This document shows positions 1 to 7,532 of a stretch of 44,131 nt of DNA, in pieces. Under the pieces are notes generated by a model that ran no database searches, was not told the DNA's origin, and saw nothing but the letters and a program-made list of their open reading frames with translations. Position 1 is the first letter of the stretch. The number at the start of each line of letters is the position of its first letter. Position numbers and translations under genes: made by a program. The DNA is from a virus (Duplodnaviria; Caudoviricetes): positions 1 through 44,131 of IMG/VR virus record IMGVR_UViG_3300037467_000724; one strand, written 5' to 3'.

Positions 1-207
1 GAACAAGGCGTGGATGCCGTGCGCAAGCTGTGGGATGTGCAAGCAGAACCCACGCGCAAGGCCCTCGGCGCAGCGTACCTCCAGGAATTGCTGGAGGCGG
101 CCGAAGCCTTCGATGAGCAGCGCAAGCTCGCCGCCAGCGGCGAAGGCGCGCAACTTGATGATCTGAATTCGCAGGTGCTCGGCGGCGGCACCGGCGGAAG
201 CGAATAG
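1..207 (+). CDS. 5'-truncated phage early protein (C-terminal fragment)
   Basis: Frame is open from base 1 to the TAG at 205-207 and is co-directional with the early operon. Product not recognisable. Confidence 0.7.
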   Translation, partial: EQGVDAVRKLWDVQAEPTRKALGAAYLQELLEAAEAFDEQRKLAASGEGAQLDDLNSQVLGGGTGGSE

Positions 208-225
208 CCGCAGGAATCAACGAAG

Positions 226-495
226 ATGAGCAACAACAAACAACCGCGCTTCCTCACGCCTGCCCAGCTCGTTGAGCGGTGGGAAGGTGCGGTGACAACC
301 GGAACGCTTGCCAACTGGCGCAGCCAAGAACCGCCGCGCGGCCCGTCGTTCCAGAAATTCGGCAGCCGCGTTCGGTATCCTATCGAGGCCGTAGAAAAAT
401 ACGAGCGCGCCAACAACCGCAAGAGCTTCGAAGACATCATGCTTGAAGGCATGAACGACAACAAAGACGGCGGCGCGTCCAGCGCTGCGGCTTAA
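226..495 (+). CDS. Excisionase/AlpA-like helix-turn-helix DNA-binding protein
   Basis: FLTPAQLVERW...TLANWR...GPSFQKFGSRVRYPIEAV is the MerR-like Xis/AlpA pattern. Confidence 0.8.
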   Translation: MSNNKQPRFLTPAQLVERWEGAVTTGTLANWRSQEPPRGPSFQKFGSRVRYPIEAVEKYERANNRKSFEDIMLEGMNDNKDGGASSAAA

Positions 496-500
496 CCTTC

Positions 501-516
501 TGGGGGCTGACGTAGA
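501..516 (-). repeat. Dispersed 16-bp motif copy (TCTACGTCAGCCCCCA on - strand), intergenic
   Basis: + strand reads TGGGGGCTGACGTAGA, identical to the copies at 1060, 1988 (reverse complement) and 42319. Confidence 0.9.
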
Positions 517-519
517 GAC

Positions 520-1167
520 ATGAGCATCACACTTGAACAACTGAAGTCGTACTGCAGGCGCGAGCGCGTGGCCGTGCAGGTGGATGACTTGGGGCTGCTG
601 TGGTCAAGCGGCGATGAAGCGCCGATGTTCGGACAACTGGAGGAAAGCCAGCTTGTCGATAGCATCCAGTCGCACGAAAACATGCGAGCCGCCAGCCAGG
701 ATGCGGCGCGGCTATCCGGCCTGGAGCAACTGACGGCCACGGTGGAACTTAAGCGGCGGGAAGGCGCGATCTTCCTCCAGGCCGATGGATACGAACACCT
801 CGCGCTGGTCTTGCAGCGGGCATTCATCCAAGCGTCACACGGCAAGGGCAAGGAACGTCACGCGCAGCACGGCGAGCCGTTCACATCGCAGGTTATCTTC
901 GATGGCGCTCGGCGCTTCGGTGTCGGGGCGCTGCTGTTCCAGGCGTACAAGAAGGCCGAGGAATCGCAGCGCCTTCCCGCAGATCGCGGCGTGGCCGAGC
1001 TGCTCGGGGCAATCGTTTACCTGGCGGCTGCTGTCATAGAACGCGAGCGGCGCGAGCTGTCTACGTCAGCCCCCAAGGCGGACAACGACAACGCTCCATG
1101 CTGCAACGGCGGAACGCAAACGGCGCGGCGCTGCATGAACTGCGCCGAATTTCAGCGCCATGCCTGA
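520..1167 (+). CDS. Hypothetical phage protein (helical C-terminal domain with QASHGKGKERHA motif)
   Basis: 215-aa ORF in the operon, overlapping the next gene. Function not assignable. Confidence 0.75.
   Translation: MSITLEQLKSYCRRERVAVQVDDLGLLWSSGDEAPMFGQLEESQLVDSIQSHENMRAASQDAARLSGLEQLTATVELKRREGAIFLQADGYEHLALVLQRAFIQASHGKGKERHAQHGEPFTSQVIFDGARRFGVGALLFQAYKKAEESQRLPADRGVAELLGAIVYLAAAVIERERRELSTSAPKADNDNAPCCNGGTQTARRCMNCAEFQRHA
1060..1075 (+). repeat. Dispersed 16-bp motif copy
   Basis: Exact TCTACGTCAGCCCCCA, encoding STSAP near the 3' end of ORF 520-1167. Confidence 0.9.
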
Positions 1168-1375
1168 CTTCAACGACCACGCCAGCGAAGTTGAGCAGCA
1201 AACGCTGGCAGATCAACTTGAGGCACAGGCGATCCGTGCATCGCTCGCGCCGAAGGTTGCTGCCAGAGGCGTGTGTCTCAACCCGCGATGTGGGGAAGAG
1301 TTTTCTTGGGGCGATCCGCGCCTTTATTGCAACTCGGCATGCGCAGCGGAACATGCGCGGCTGTCACGAAAGTGA
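1160..1375 (+). CDS. TraR/DksA-like C4 zinc-finger protein
   Basis: N-terminal DxxDxA motif (DFNDHAS), a helical segment, then CLNPRC...CNSAC; 71 aa. Confidence 0.7.
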   Translation: MPDFNDHASEVEQQTLADQLEAQAIRASLAPKVAARGVCLNPRCGEEFSWGDPRLYCNSACAAEHARLSRK

Positions 1376-1378
1376 ACC

Positions 1379-1579
1379 GTGTTCAGAAAATTCTGGATGG
1401 TGTGGCGCGAAGGCGGAAACCCGCCGATGAAGCAGCATGACAGCTTCGAATCCGCGCTGAATGAAGCCCAGCGCCTCGCGCGCAACAACCCCGGCTGCAG
1501 GTTCGAAGTCCTGGAACGCATTTCATCGGTGCGGACTGCGGACCTGGTGATTGAAGGCGAACAGCCGCTCCCGTTTTAA
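1379..1579 (+). CDS. Hypothetical phage protein
   Basis: 66-aa ORF (FWMVW...H.S...A..EA.RLA..NPG..F.VL) packed within the operon. Confidence 0.7.
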   Translation: MFRKFWMVWREGGNPPMKQHDSFESALNEAQRLARNNPGCRFEVLERISSVRTADLVIEGEQPLPF

Positions 1580-1600
1580 ACAGACAAGGAAACTATACAC

Positions 1601-2071
1601 ATGAAGCACATCGGAATGGCCACGCTCGGCCGCGATGCGGAAATGCGCCGCACGCCGCAAGGCGATTCAGTCGTCACCCTCTCGCTGGCGGTGAACTTCT
1701 ATGACAAGAGCGCGGAGAATAATCGCGGCACACAGTGGATTCGCGCAACGCTGTGGGGCGAGCGCGGCGAAAAGCTGGTGGAGTACCTGACGAAAGGCAG
1801 CCGCCACTGCTTCACGCTGTCGGACTTGCACATGCACAAGTACACCGACAAGGACGGTTACGATGCGTACAGCCTGGAAGCTCGCGTGGATGACGTGGAG
1901 CTGGGGCCGAAGCGCGAAGGTGGCGGCGATGCCGGCGGCGGCTCCAGCGGCACGTCCACGGGCCAGCGCAGGCCCGCCAGCGGTGGGTCTACGTCAGCCC
2001 CCAGCGGCTCCGGAGGTGGCGCGTCGAAGCAGACGGGCTTCGATGACGATGACTCGGATATTCCGTTCTAG
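1601..2071 (+). CDS. ssb: Single-stranded DNA-binding protein
   Basis: OB-fold motifs (LGRDAEMR, TQWIRATLWG, YLTKG), Gly-rich linker, acidic DDDDSDIPF tail; AAGGA RBS. Confidence 0.95.
   Translation: MKHIGMATLGRDAEMRRTPQGDSVVTLSLAVNFYDKSAENNRGTQWIRATLWGERGEKLVEYLTKGSRHCFTLSDLHMHKYTDKDGYDAYSLEARVDDVELGPKREGGGDAGGGSSGTSTGQRRPASGGSTSAPSGSGGGASKQTGFDDDDSDIPF
1988..2003 (+). repeat. Dispersed 16-bp motif copy
   Basis: Exact TCTACGTCAGCCCCCA in the region coding the SSB linker. Confidence 0.9.
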
Positions 2072-2089
2072 ATATTCCGTTTCTGGCAC

Positions 2090-2118
2090 AATGGGGGCTT
2101 CGGCCCCCATTCCATTTT
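2090..2118 (+). terminator. Probable intrinsic terminator after ssb
   Basis: AATGGGGGC-TTCG-GCCCCCATT hairpin followed by CCATTTT. Confidence 0.65.
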
Positions 2119-2122
2119 CATC

Positions 2123-2572
2123 ATGATCGAACCCACCTGCACCTGCACGAAATGCGGCAACGCGAAGCCGCTGGATGACTTCTATACCTGCGACAGAACC
2201 TGCAAAGAATGCCGCAAGGCGATGGTGCGCGCAAACCGTGCAAGCCGCGCCGAACATTACCGCGAATTCGACAGGGCGCGCGCCAATAGGCCGGATCGAG
2301 TTGCCATGCGCAAGGCATACGCGGCAACGCAGCAGGGCAAGGAAGCGCGCCGCCGCGCGCGGGTTAGATGGCAGGCGGACAACGCTCGCCAGCGAGCCGC
2401 AAACGTTGCCGTGGGGAACGCGTTGCGCAAGGGAAGGCTTTTCAAGTCTCCGTGCTGGGAATGTGGCGCGCTCGATGTTGAGGGCCACCACCCAGACTAT
2501 GACGCGCCGCTGGACGTTGTTTGGCTGTGCGTGACGCACCACAAGCAGCTTCACGCAGAATACCCGAGGTAA
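2123..2572 (+). CDS. HNH-like / zinc-binding endonuclease-type protein
   Basis: CTKC..CKEC at the N-terminus; CWECG...EGHHPDY..PLDVVWLC..HHKQLH at the C-terminus. Confidence 0.7.
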   Translation: MIEPTCTCTKCGNAKPLDDFYTCDRTCKECRKAMVRANRASRAEHYREFDRARANRPDRVAMRKAYAATQQGKEARRRARVRWQADNARQRAANVAVGNALRKGRLFKSPCWECGALDVEGHHPDYDAPLDVVWLCVTHHKQLHAEYPR

Positions 2573-2588
2573 TCATGTGGTTTTTATT

Positions 2589-2639
2589 TGTTTAAACGTA
2601 GTAACTGCTACACTTCAGCCACATAAGTACGTTTAAACG
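2589..2639 (+). promoter_or_regulatory. Putative promoter (extended -10 TGCTACACT) flanked by two GTTTAAAC palindromes
   Basis: AT-rich intergenic region; GTTTAAAC at 2590-2597 and 2631-2638; AAGGA RBS before the ATG at 2650. Confidence 0.6.
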
Positions 2640-2649
2640 AAAGGAACCC

Positions 2650-3372
2650 ATGAACTCAACCACCAACCGCGAAACCTGGCTGAACGCGCTGGCCGCGAAG
2701 ATGGCCCCGCGCTTCGAAGAACTCGGCTTCCCCATCCCGCCGTTTCGCGTCGCCATCGGCTTCACGTCCAAGGGCAAGAATCCGAAGCTGGCCGGCGAGT
2801 GCTGGCACAAGGCGAACAGCGCGGACGCGCACTATGAAGTCCTGATTGCGCCGAACGTGGCTGACCCGATGTACGCCGCCGCAACGCTGGCCCACGAACT
2901 GGCCCACGCGGCTGCAGGTTTCCAGCACAAGCATAAGGGGGGCTTCGCGCGGCTGGTTGGCGCGCTCGGGCTGGTGCGACCGTTTCCCATCGTGAAGGCG
3001 GGGCCGGAATTCGAGGTGTGGGCACAGCCGTTTCTGGACGAGCTTGGGCCGCTGCCACACGCGCGCCTGGCGTATGGATCAACGGCGAGCGTTCCGCGCG
3101 ACAAGGGCGATGGCAACTGCGATGAAGATGGCGACGGCGGCAGCAGCAACGACAAGCCGAAGCAGTCCACCAGGATGCTGAAGGCGACGTGTGCAAAAAA
3201 TCTGGTCGCCGGGTGGGACTACGGAACGCAAGGCGAGCCGTGCGGCTACACCATCCGCCTGTCCCGCAAGTGGGCGCTGAAGCTGGGGGCGTGCTGCCCC
3301 GTCCACGGCCCCATGGAAATCGAAGGGCTGGAAGACGCGCAGGATGGCGAGGAAGGCGGGGACGAGGAATGA
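2650..3372 (+). CDS. SprT-like zinc metalloprotease-domain protein with C-terminal Cys cluster
   Basis: AGECW...TLAHELAH...HKHKGGF (HExxH zincin, SprT-like), followed by Cys pairs and an acidic tail. Confidence 0.75.
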   Translation: MNSTTNRETWLNALAAKMAPRFEELGFPIPPFRVAIGFTSKGKNPKLAGECWHKANSADAHYEVLIAPNVADPMYAAATLAHELAHAAAGFQHKHKGGFARLVGALGLVRPFPIVKAGPEFEVWAQPFLDELGPLPHARLAYGSTASVPRDKGDGNCDEDGDGGSSNDKPKQSTRMLKATCAKNLVAGWDYGTQGEPCGYTIRLSRKWALKLGACCPVHGPMEIEGLEDAQDGEEGGDEE

Positions 3373-3647
3373 TCGGTGTCAATGAAGCACAGGCCGCGTG
3401 GGATGCATTCCTGAGGGCGAGACGGGACACCATCACAAACGGCGAATTCACCGTGGAGGAAATAGCCCGCGCAGAGCTGAGTGCATTGGCGCACGGCATG
3501 AAGAACGCGCCGCCGTCATTCAAAAATGGCCGACGCGCTTACAACGCAAAATCGCAATGCCAGTACACGGGGAATCAGCTTCGCGCAGAGTGGCTTGCCG
3601 GTTGGAACTACGAGCGCCGCGCTAGCATCAGGGCGCGTAAGCCATGA
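3369..3647 (+). CDS. Hypothetical protein with Rmf-like C-terminal domain
   Basis: ATG at 3369 overlaps the previous stop. G..A...K..C.Y.....R..WL.GW matches the ribosome modulation factor pattern. Confidence 0.65.
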   Translation: MIGVNEAQAAWDAFLRARRDTITNGEFTVEEIARAELSALAHGMKNAPPSFKNGRRAYNAKSQCQYTGNQLRAEWLAGWNYERRASIRARKP

Positions 3648-3652
3648 AACGC

Positions 3653-3680
3653 AGAACCCGCCGGTGGGCGGGTTCTTTGT
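3653..3680 (+). terminator. Intrinsic terminator ending the + strand early operon
   Basis: AGAACCCGCC-GGTG-GGCGGGTTCT followed by TTGT. Confidence 0.8.
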
Positions 3681-3731
3681 GCTGCATTCCGGCTGAACCA
3701 CAATAGGCTGGGCACCGCACCCCACTAGCCT

Positions 3732-3786
3732 GCGGGGAATTGAACCCCGCCACCGTACAGCAGCCGCCGGAATCGAACCGGCCACC
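3732..3786 (-). ncRNA. Possible structured RNA element: two tandem tRNA T-arm-like hairpins
   Basis: - strand: GGTG-GCCGG-TTCGATT-CCGGC and GGTG-GCGGGG-TTCAATT-CCCCGC. Not a full cloverleaf. Confidence 0.4.
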
Positions 3787-3800
3787 TGTTCCATGATACA

Positions 3801-5063
3801 TCACGCCGCCAGCGGCAGTGCATCCTGGTTTTCCACTACGTTGGCCGCCATCCAGGCGTTCCACTTGTCCATGGCCGCGCGTTTCTCGGGCATGTACTCC
3901 GCGCGGTCATAGTGCTTGCTGCCGGTGTCGTTCTGCGCGTGCTGCTGTATCAGGTCGCGCGTGAAGCGGTCCACCCCGGCGTCCTTGGCGCGGGACTTCC
4001 AAGTGCGCCGAAGGTCGCGCGTCTGAAACGGCTTCATGCCCAGCGACACCTGCAGTCGCCGCAGCGCGCGCGACACGCCGCCGTCCGTCATGTACTCGCC
4101 GCCGCCCTTGCCGCCAGGAAACACGGGGCCTGAACTCGCCAGCTCGGCCAGCTCATAAGCCGCCAGCTCTGGCAGCGGAACCGCGTGGGGTCGCTTGCCG
4201 CCCTTCGTCTTGTGGGCTGGCATTTCCCACAACCGCGCAGCCAGGTCCACTTCGCTGGCCTCCATGCGCAACGTTTCACGCACGCGCTGGCCGCAGCAAA
4301 TCAGCATGCGAACGGCCGCCGTGGTTTGGGGCGCGAAGCCAGGTCCGCCGATCCCATGCCACACCTGCCGCAGCTCGACGGCCGACAGGTTACGCTCGCG
4401 CGTTCCGTTGGCGTCCGTGTCACGCTCCACGTCGGCCACGGGACTGGCCCTCACGCCCCAATCTCGGCGTTCCTTGTCGGTGTAGCGGTTCGTGGACTTG
4501 GACCCCCACCGGAACGCGGCCGACAGGTAGCTGCGCAGCCGGTCGGCCATGACCTTGCTTCCACGTTTAAACGTCTTGCCAAGCAGCGCGGCAACGTCGC
4601 CGCCGGTCACGTCACCGGCCAGCGTGTCGCGCCCCAGCGCGTCGGCCGCGTTGAATCGCCCCGTCAGGAGCGCGCGCTCCACTTCAGGCCAGCTGCTGCG
4701 GCCCTTTGCCTTCATGTCCTCCACGTAGGCCGTGAACAGACGCGCCACAGTCGGCGCGTCTGCCGTCCTGGCGGCGGTGCGCGGGTTGCCACCGGCGGCC
4801 AGCACATCCCGCACGTCCGCGCCGAACCTTACCCGCGCGTCGGCCAGGCTCATGCCGGGGAAGCGCCCCAACTGCAGCTTGTGGGGCTTGCCGGCGGCCT
4901 TCCACTTGCCAAACCACAGCGCGGTCACGCCGGTGGTGCTGGGCCGAATGACCAGCACTAGGCTGCCGGTGCCACGCCCCCCTGCCCCATCGTTCAGCTG
5001 GCATTCCTTGCCGCTGTCGGCGGCGGCCTTGATGGCGGATTTGATTTGCGTCGGAGTCAGCAC
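3801..5063 (-). CDS. int: Tyrosine integrase (P4-like, N-terminal arm-binding domain)
   Basis: Arm-binding N-terminus (LQLGRFPGMSLADAR); catalytic motifs GQR, HKTK, RDLRRT, QQH, HY; adjacent to attP. Confidence 0.95.
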   Translation of the reverse strand: MLTPTQIKSAIKAAADSGKECQLNDGAGGRGTGSLVLVIRPSTTGVTALWFGKWKAAGKPHKLQLGRFPGMSLADARVRFGADVRDVLAAGGNPRTAARTADAPTVARLFTAYVEDMKAKGRSSWPEVERALLTGRFNAADALGRDTLAGDVTGGDVAALLGKTFKRGSKVMADRLRSYLSAAFRWGSKSTNRYTDKERRDWGVRASPVADVERDTDANGTRERNLSAVELRQVWHGIGGPGFAPQTTAAVRMLICCGQRVRETLRMEASEVDLAARLWEMPAHKTKGGKRPHAVPLPELAAYELAELASSGPVFPGGKGGGEYMTDGGVSRALRRLQVSLGMKPFQTRDLRRTWKSRAKDAGVDRFTRDLIQQHAQNDTGSKHYDRAEYMPEKRAAMDKWNAWMAANVVENQDALPLAA

Positions 5064-5077
5064 TAGGCGGCCTTTCA

Positions 5078-5355
5078 GGGTACACTATTGGGTACACCAT
5101 CCGTACTACATACGTCCCACTGGCCGGAAATGGTTTTTTCGACTGCCTGCCGATTCAGTAAACGGATTCAACGGCTTACGGTGGTTCGGGGTGACACGCG
5201 ATGATTGCGGATTATACCCGACAGGCTGACTCTTAATCAGCGGGTCCTAGGTTCGAGCCCTAGTGCGCCCACCATCGGAATCCAAGCAAAATCAACGACT
5301 TACGATAGGATGCGCTGACGCCGCGAAAGCAGCCAGGGTATACCACAGGGTACAC
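5078..5355. promoter_or_regulatory. attP arms: integrase arm-type direct repeats and IHF sites
   Basis: GGGTAYAC pairs 12 bp apart at 5078/5090 and 5336/5348; IHF consensus WATCAANNNNTTR at 5290-5302 (exact) and 5166-5178 (1 mismatch). Confidence 0.75.
5225..5274 (+). other. attP core = 3' part of tRNA-Lys(CTT)
   Basis: GCTGA-CTCTTAA-TCAGC anticodon arm, CTAGG-TTCGAGC-CCTAG T-arm, 3' acceptor strand ending ACCA. The 5' half (D-arm) is absent. Confidence 0.9.
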
Positions 5356-5368
5356 TTTCTGATTTTCA

Positions 5369-6388
5369 TCACGCCCCATCACCGTCATTCTTCGGCAGCT
5401 CAGCCTCCACCTCGCAGGCATACCCGCCGCCAGGCGTGAACTCATGCCGCACCCGCGAAACCAGCCAGTCCGTTGCCACGTCGGGATGGAATCCGACCAG
5501 CCGCAGTTTGCCCTCGGCCGCCAGCTTCGGATCACCGGGCATCGTGCATGCGAACTTGTTCCGACGGCGATTGCGCTTGTCCAGCTCGGCCTGAGCGGCT
5601 TCCTTGGCGCTCGCCTCATCGGGGTAATTGTTGCGCAGCTTGCGGACCGGATCGCCGCTGCCCACTTCGACGTGCTTACGCTTGGCCTCGCCCTTGTGGT
5701 GGTAGAACGCCACCACCGTGCCGCCATCCTCGCGCGCCGATTCATTTTCTGACCAGCGCGTGCAGTCTTCCGGCACCAGCACGATGGTTGGCATGTCATC
5801 ACCGCTGGCGTTCTTGCCCTCGCCGCGCTTGATGACGGCCAGCTTTCCGCCTCCAGGCTTGACCAGCGCGCCGTATCGCCTCCCAACGCGCACCAGGAAG
5901 CTAATATCGCTTTCCTCTGTTTGGTCGAAGTGCGGCAGCGTGATGGACTGCAGCGACGGCGCAACCGCTGGCTCAAGCCCGTGTTCCTTCGCGATCTTCG
6001 CCACCATCGCCGACAGCTTTGTGCCCTTTGGCCAGTCGCGCGTTTTCTGCGTCTGCATGTCCGACTTGCCGCCCTTGCTGCCCTCCAGCGGGGCCGCGCG
6101 CGCTCGAATCGCCATCTGACCAGGCCAGCCAGACAGTTCGATTTCGTCGGCAATGAACAACCCCATGCGGGTTCCCTGGCCATCGTACCCTAGCCACACT
6201 TCAATTTCGGCACCCTTGGGGGGCTTGCGTATAGGGTCATCTGGATCGTTGTCGGCCAGCGTGATTTCCAGCGTATCGGCCGTGTCGCCGGCCTCGTCGG
6301 TCAGCGCCAGGCTGACCAGCCTAGGCTGCATCTTTGGGCTGATGTCTACCCCGTTTGCCGTCACCAGATAGAACGGCTTCAGTCCCAT
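5369..6388 (-). CDS. Baseplate hub / late control protein (P2 gpD-like)
   Basis: LTDEAG..ADTLEITL, G.F..DE...SG.P, DQTEESDISFL.R motifs; last gene of the tail operon. Confidence 0.9.
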   Translation of the reverse strand: MGLKPFYLVTANGVDISPKMQPRLVSLALTDEAGDTADTLEITLADNDPDDPIRKPPKGAEIEVWLGYDGQGTRMGLFIADEIELSGWPGQMAIRARAAPLEGSKGGKSDMQTQKTRDWPKGTKLSAMVAKIAKEHGLEPAVAPSLQSITLPHFDQTEESDISFLVRVGRRYGALVKPGGGKLAVIKRGEGKNASGDDMPTIVLVPEDCTRWSENESAREDGGTVVAFYHHKGEAKRKHVEVGSGDPVRKLRNNYPDEASAKEAAQAELDKRNRRRNKFACTMPGDPKLAAEGKLRLVGFHPDVATDWLVSRVRHEFTPGGGYACEVEAELPKNDGDGA

Positions 6389-6588
6389 AGCCGAACGCCA
6401 GCCTGCTGCTGCGCGGTGTTGACTTCTGGCAGCTGCAGCAGCGTGCCGGCCGGCAGCTCGGGGCCGTAGTCAGCCAAGCCGGGGTTCGCCTCCAGCACCT
6501 GCTCCACCACGCGCCCGTCCTGCGTGCCGTAGAACTTCCACGCGATGAAGTCCACCGTGTCGCCTTCCCCGGCTCGGTACTCCGTCAC
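6379..6588 (-). CDS. Tail protein X (P2 gpX, LysM-like)
   Basis: GDTVD.I.W..YG...VLEANPGLA...LPAG...LWD. Confidence 0.93.
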   Translation of the reverse strand: MTEYRAGEGDTVDFIAWKFYGTQDGRVVEQVLEANPGLADYGPELPAGTLLQLPEVNTAQQQAGVRLWD

Positions 6589-7532
6589 GACGAAACCCCT
6601 TCAAGGATGCCTTGCGCGGCGTGGTAGCTGGATGAAATGAACGTGGCCAGTCTCGTGGCCGAGCCTACGGCATCATTCACGGCGGCGATGGCCTCGACGG
6701 GTGCGGACGCAGCCTGCAGATCGATCAGAACAGACTGCGCCGTTGCCGACACGTTCACGGCGCGCGCCAGCATGCTGGGTGCCACGTCTGTCACGGAACT
6801 CATGGATGCGGCGATGCTTGTCAGTGTTGGCGTCACCCCAAGCAACTGGGATGCGGTCCCGCCAAGTCCGCGCATGTCGCTAACGAGAACATTGCCTCGG
6901 TCCAGCGCGGACAGCACGGTCCCGACTTCCGACCCGATGGCATCAGCTGCGGCCGTCACAGCCCCGGTGGCCGCGCTGATTGCGTTGGACACCTGGCCGG
7001 CCACGCTAGAAATCGTTCCGCACAAGTTGGCGGCAGCACCGGAAATGGTCGCCAGCAACCCTGACGACGGGAGCGTTGGCAGGCCGCCGATGCTCGGCGC
7101 ATCGCCCACAACTTCTGCCACGGTATCCAGCACGGCGGTTACGCCGTCGCCGTACCGCCTCAAGGTCAACGTGAATTCCTGTTTGCGCGCCGCGCCGCCC
7201 ACCGCGAACAAAGACTGGCGCTCGGACACGCGCTCAATCACCCAATCGCCCAGCACATCGCCGCTGCCGGCGATGAGGGTCTGAGGCTCGCCGCTGGAGC
7301 CAAGTTCTCGCAAGGCGTCCAGCTGGCCGCCGTCGCTGAAGTGCTCCGGGTAGATCACCCCAGGCAGTTGAATGGTGTCCGACCCCCAGCCGGTGAACTG
7401 CAGCACCTGCGGGGCACCGAACACATCCTGCGACGGCCAGCGATATTCGGTTTCCCGGTTCAGCTCGTTGAATGCAGCCGTGTCGATGCCAAACACGTAG
7501 TCGCCGAGAGCCATCATGGGTACGGCCATCAC
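6585..7532 (-). CDS. Tail protein U (P2 gpU-like) with long C-terminal extension
   Basis: MMALGDYVF, YRW, LQFTG, L.G.IYP, G.WVI, QEFTLTL in the first ~128 aa; remainder is Ala/Ser/Val-rich. Confidence 0.85.
   Translation of the reverse strand: MMAVPMMALGDYVFGIDTAAFNELNRETEYRWPSQDVFGAPQVLQFTGWGSDTIQLPGVIYPEHFSDGGQLDALRELGSSGEPQTLIAGSGDVLGDWVIERVSERQSLFAVGGAARKQEFTLTLRRYGDGVTAVLDTVAEVVGDAPSIGGLPTLPSSGLLATISGAAANLCGTISSVAGQVSNAISAATGAVTAAADAIGSEVGTVLSALDRGNVLVSDMRGLGGTASQLLGVTPTLTSIAASMSSVTDVAPSMLARAVNVSATAQSVLIDLQAASAPVEAIAAVNDAVGSATRLATFISSSYHAAQGILEGVSS

Noticed and set aside
2057-2081. 11-bp direct repeat GATATTCCGTT at the ssb stop
   Set aside because: Real but short. It may be a duplication scar near the HNH-like gene; no further support for function.
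5225-5274. Functional tRNA-Lys gene
   Set aside because: The 5' acceptor strand and D-arm are missing; the fragment is explained as the attP core.
5260-6183. 307-aa - strand alternative-frame ORF running into attP
   Set aside because: Overlaps the well-supported gpD gene in another frame; Arg/Trp-rich off-frame composition.
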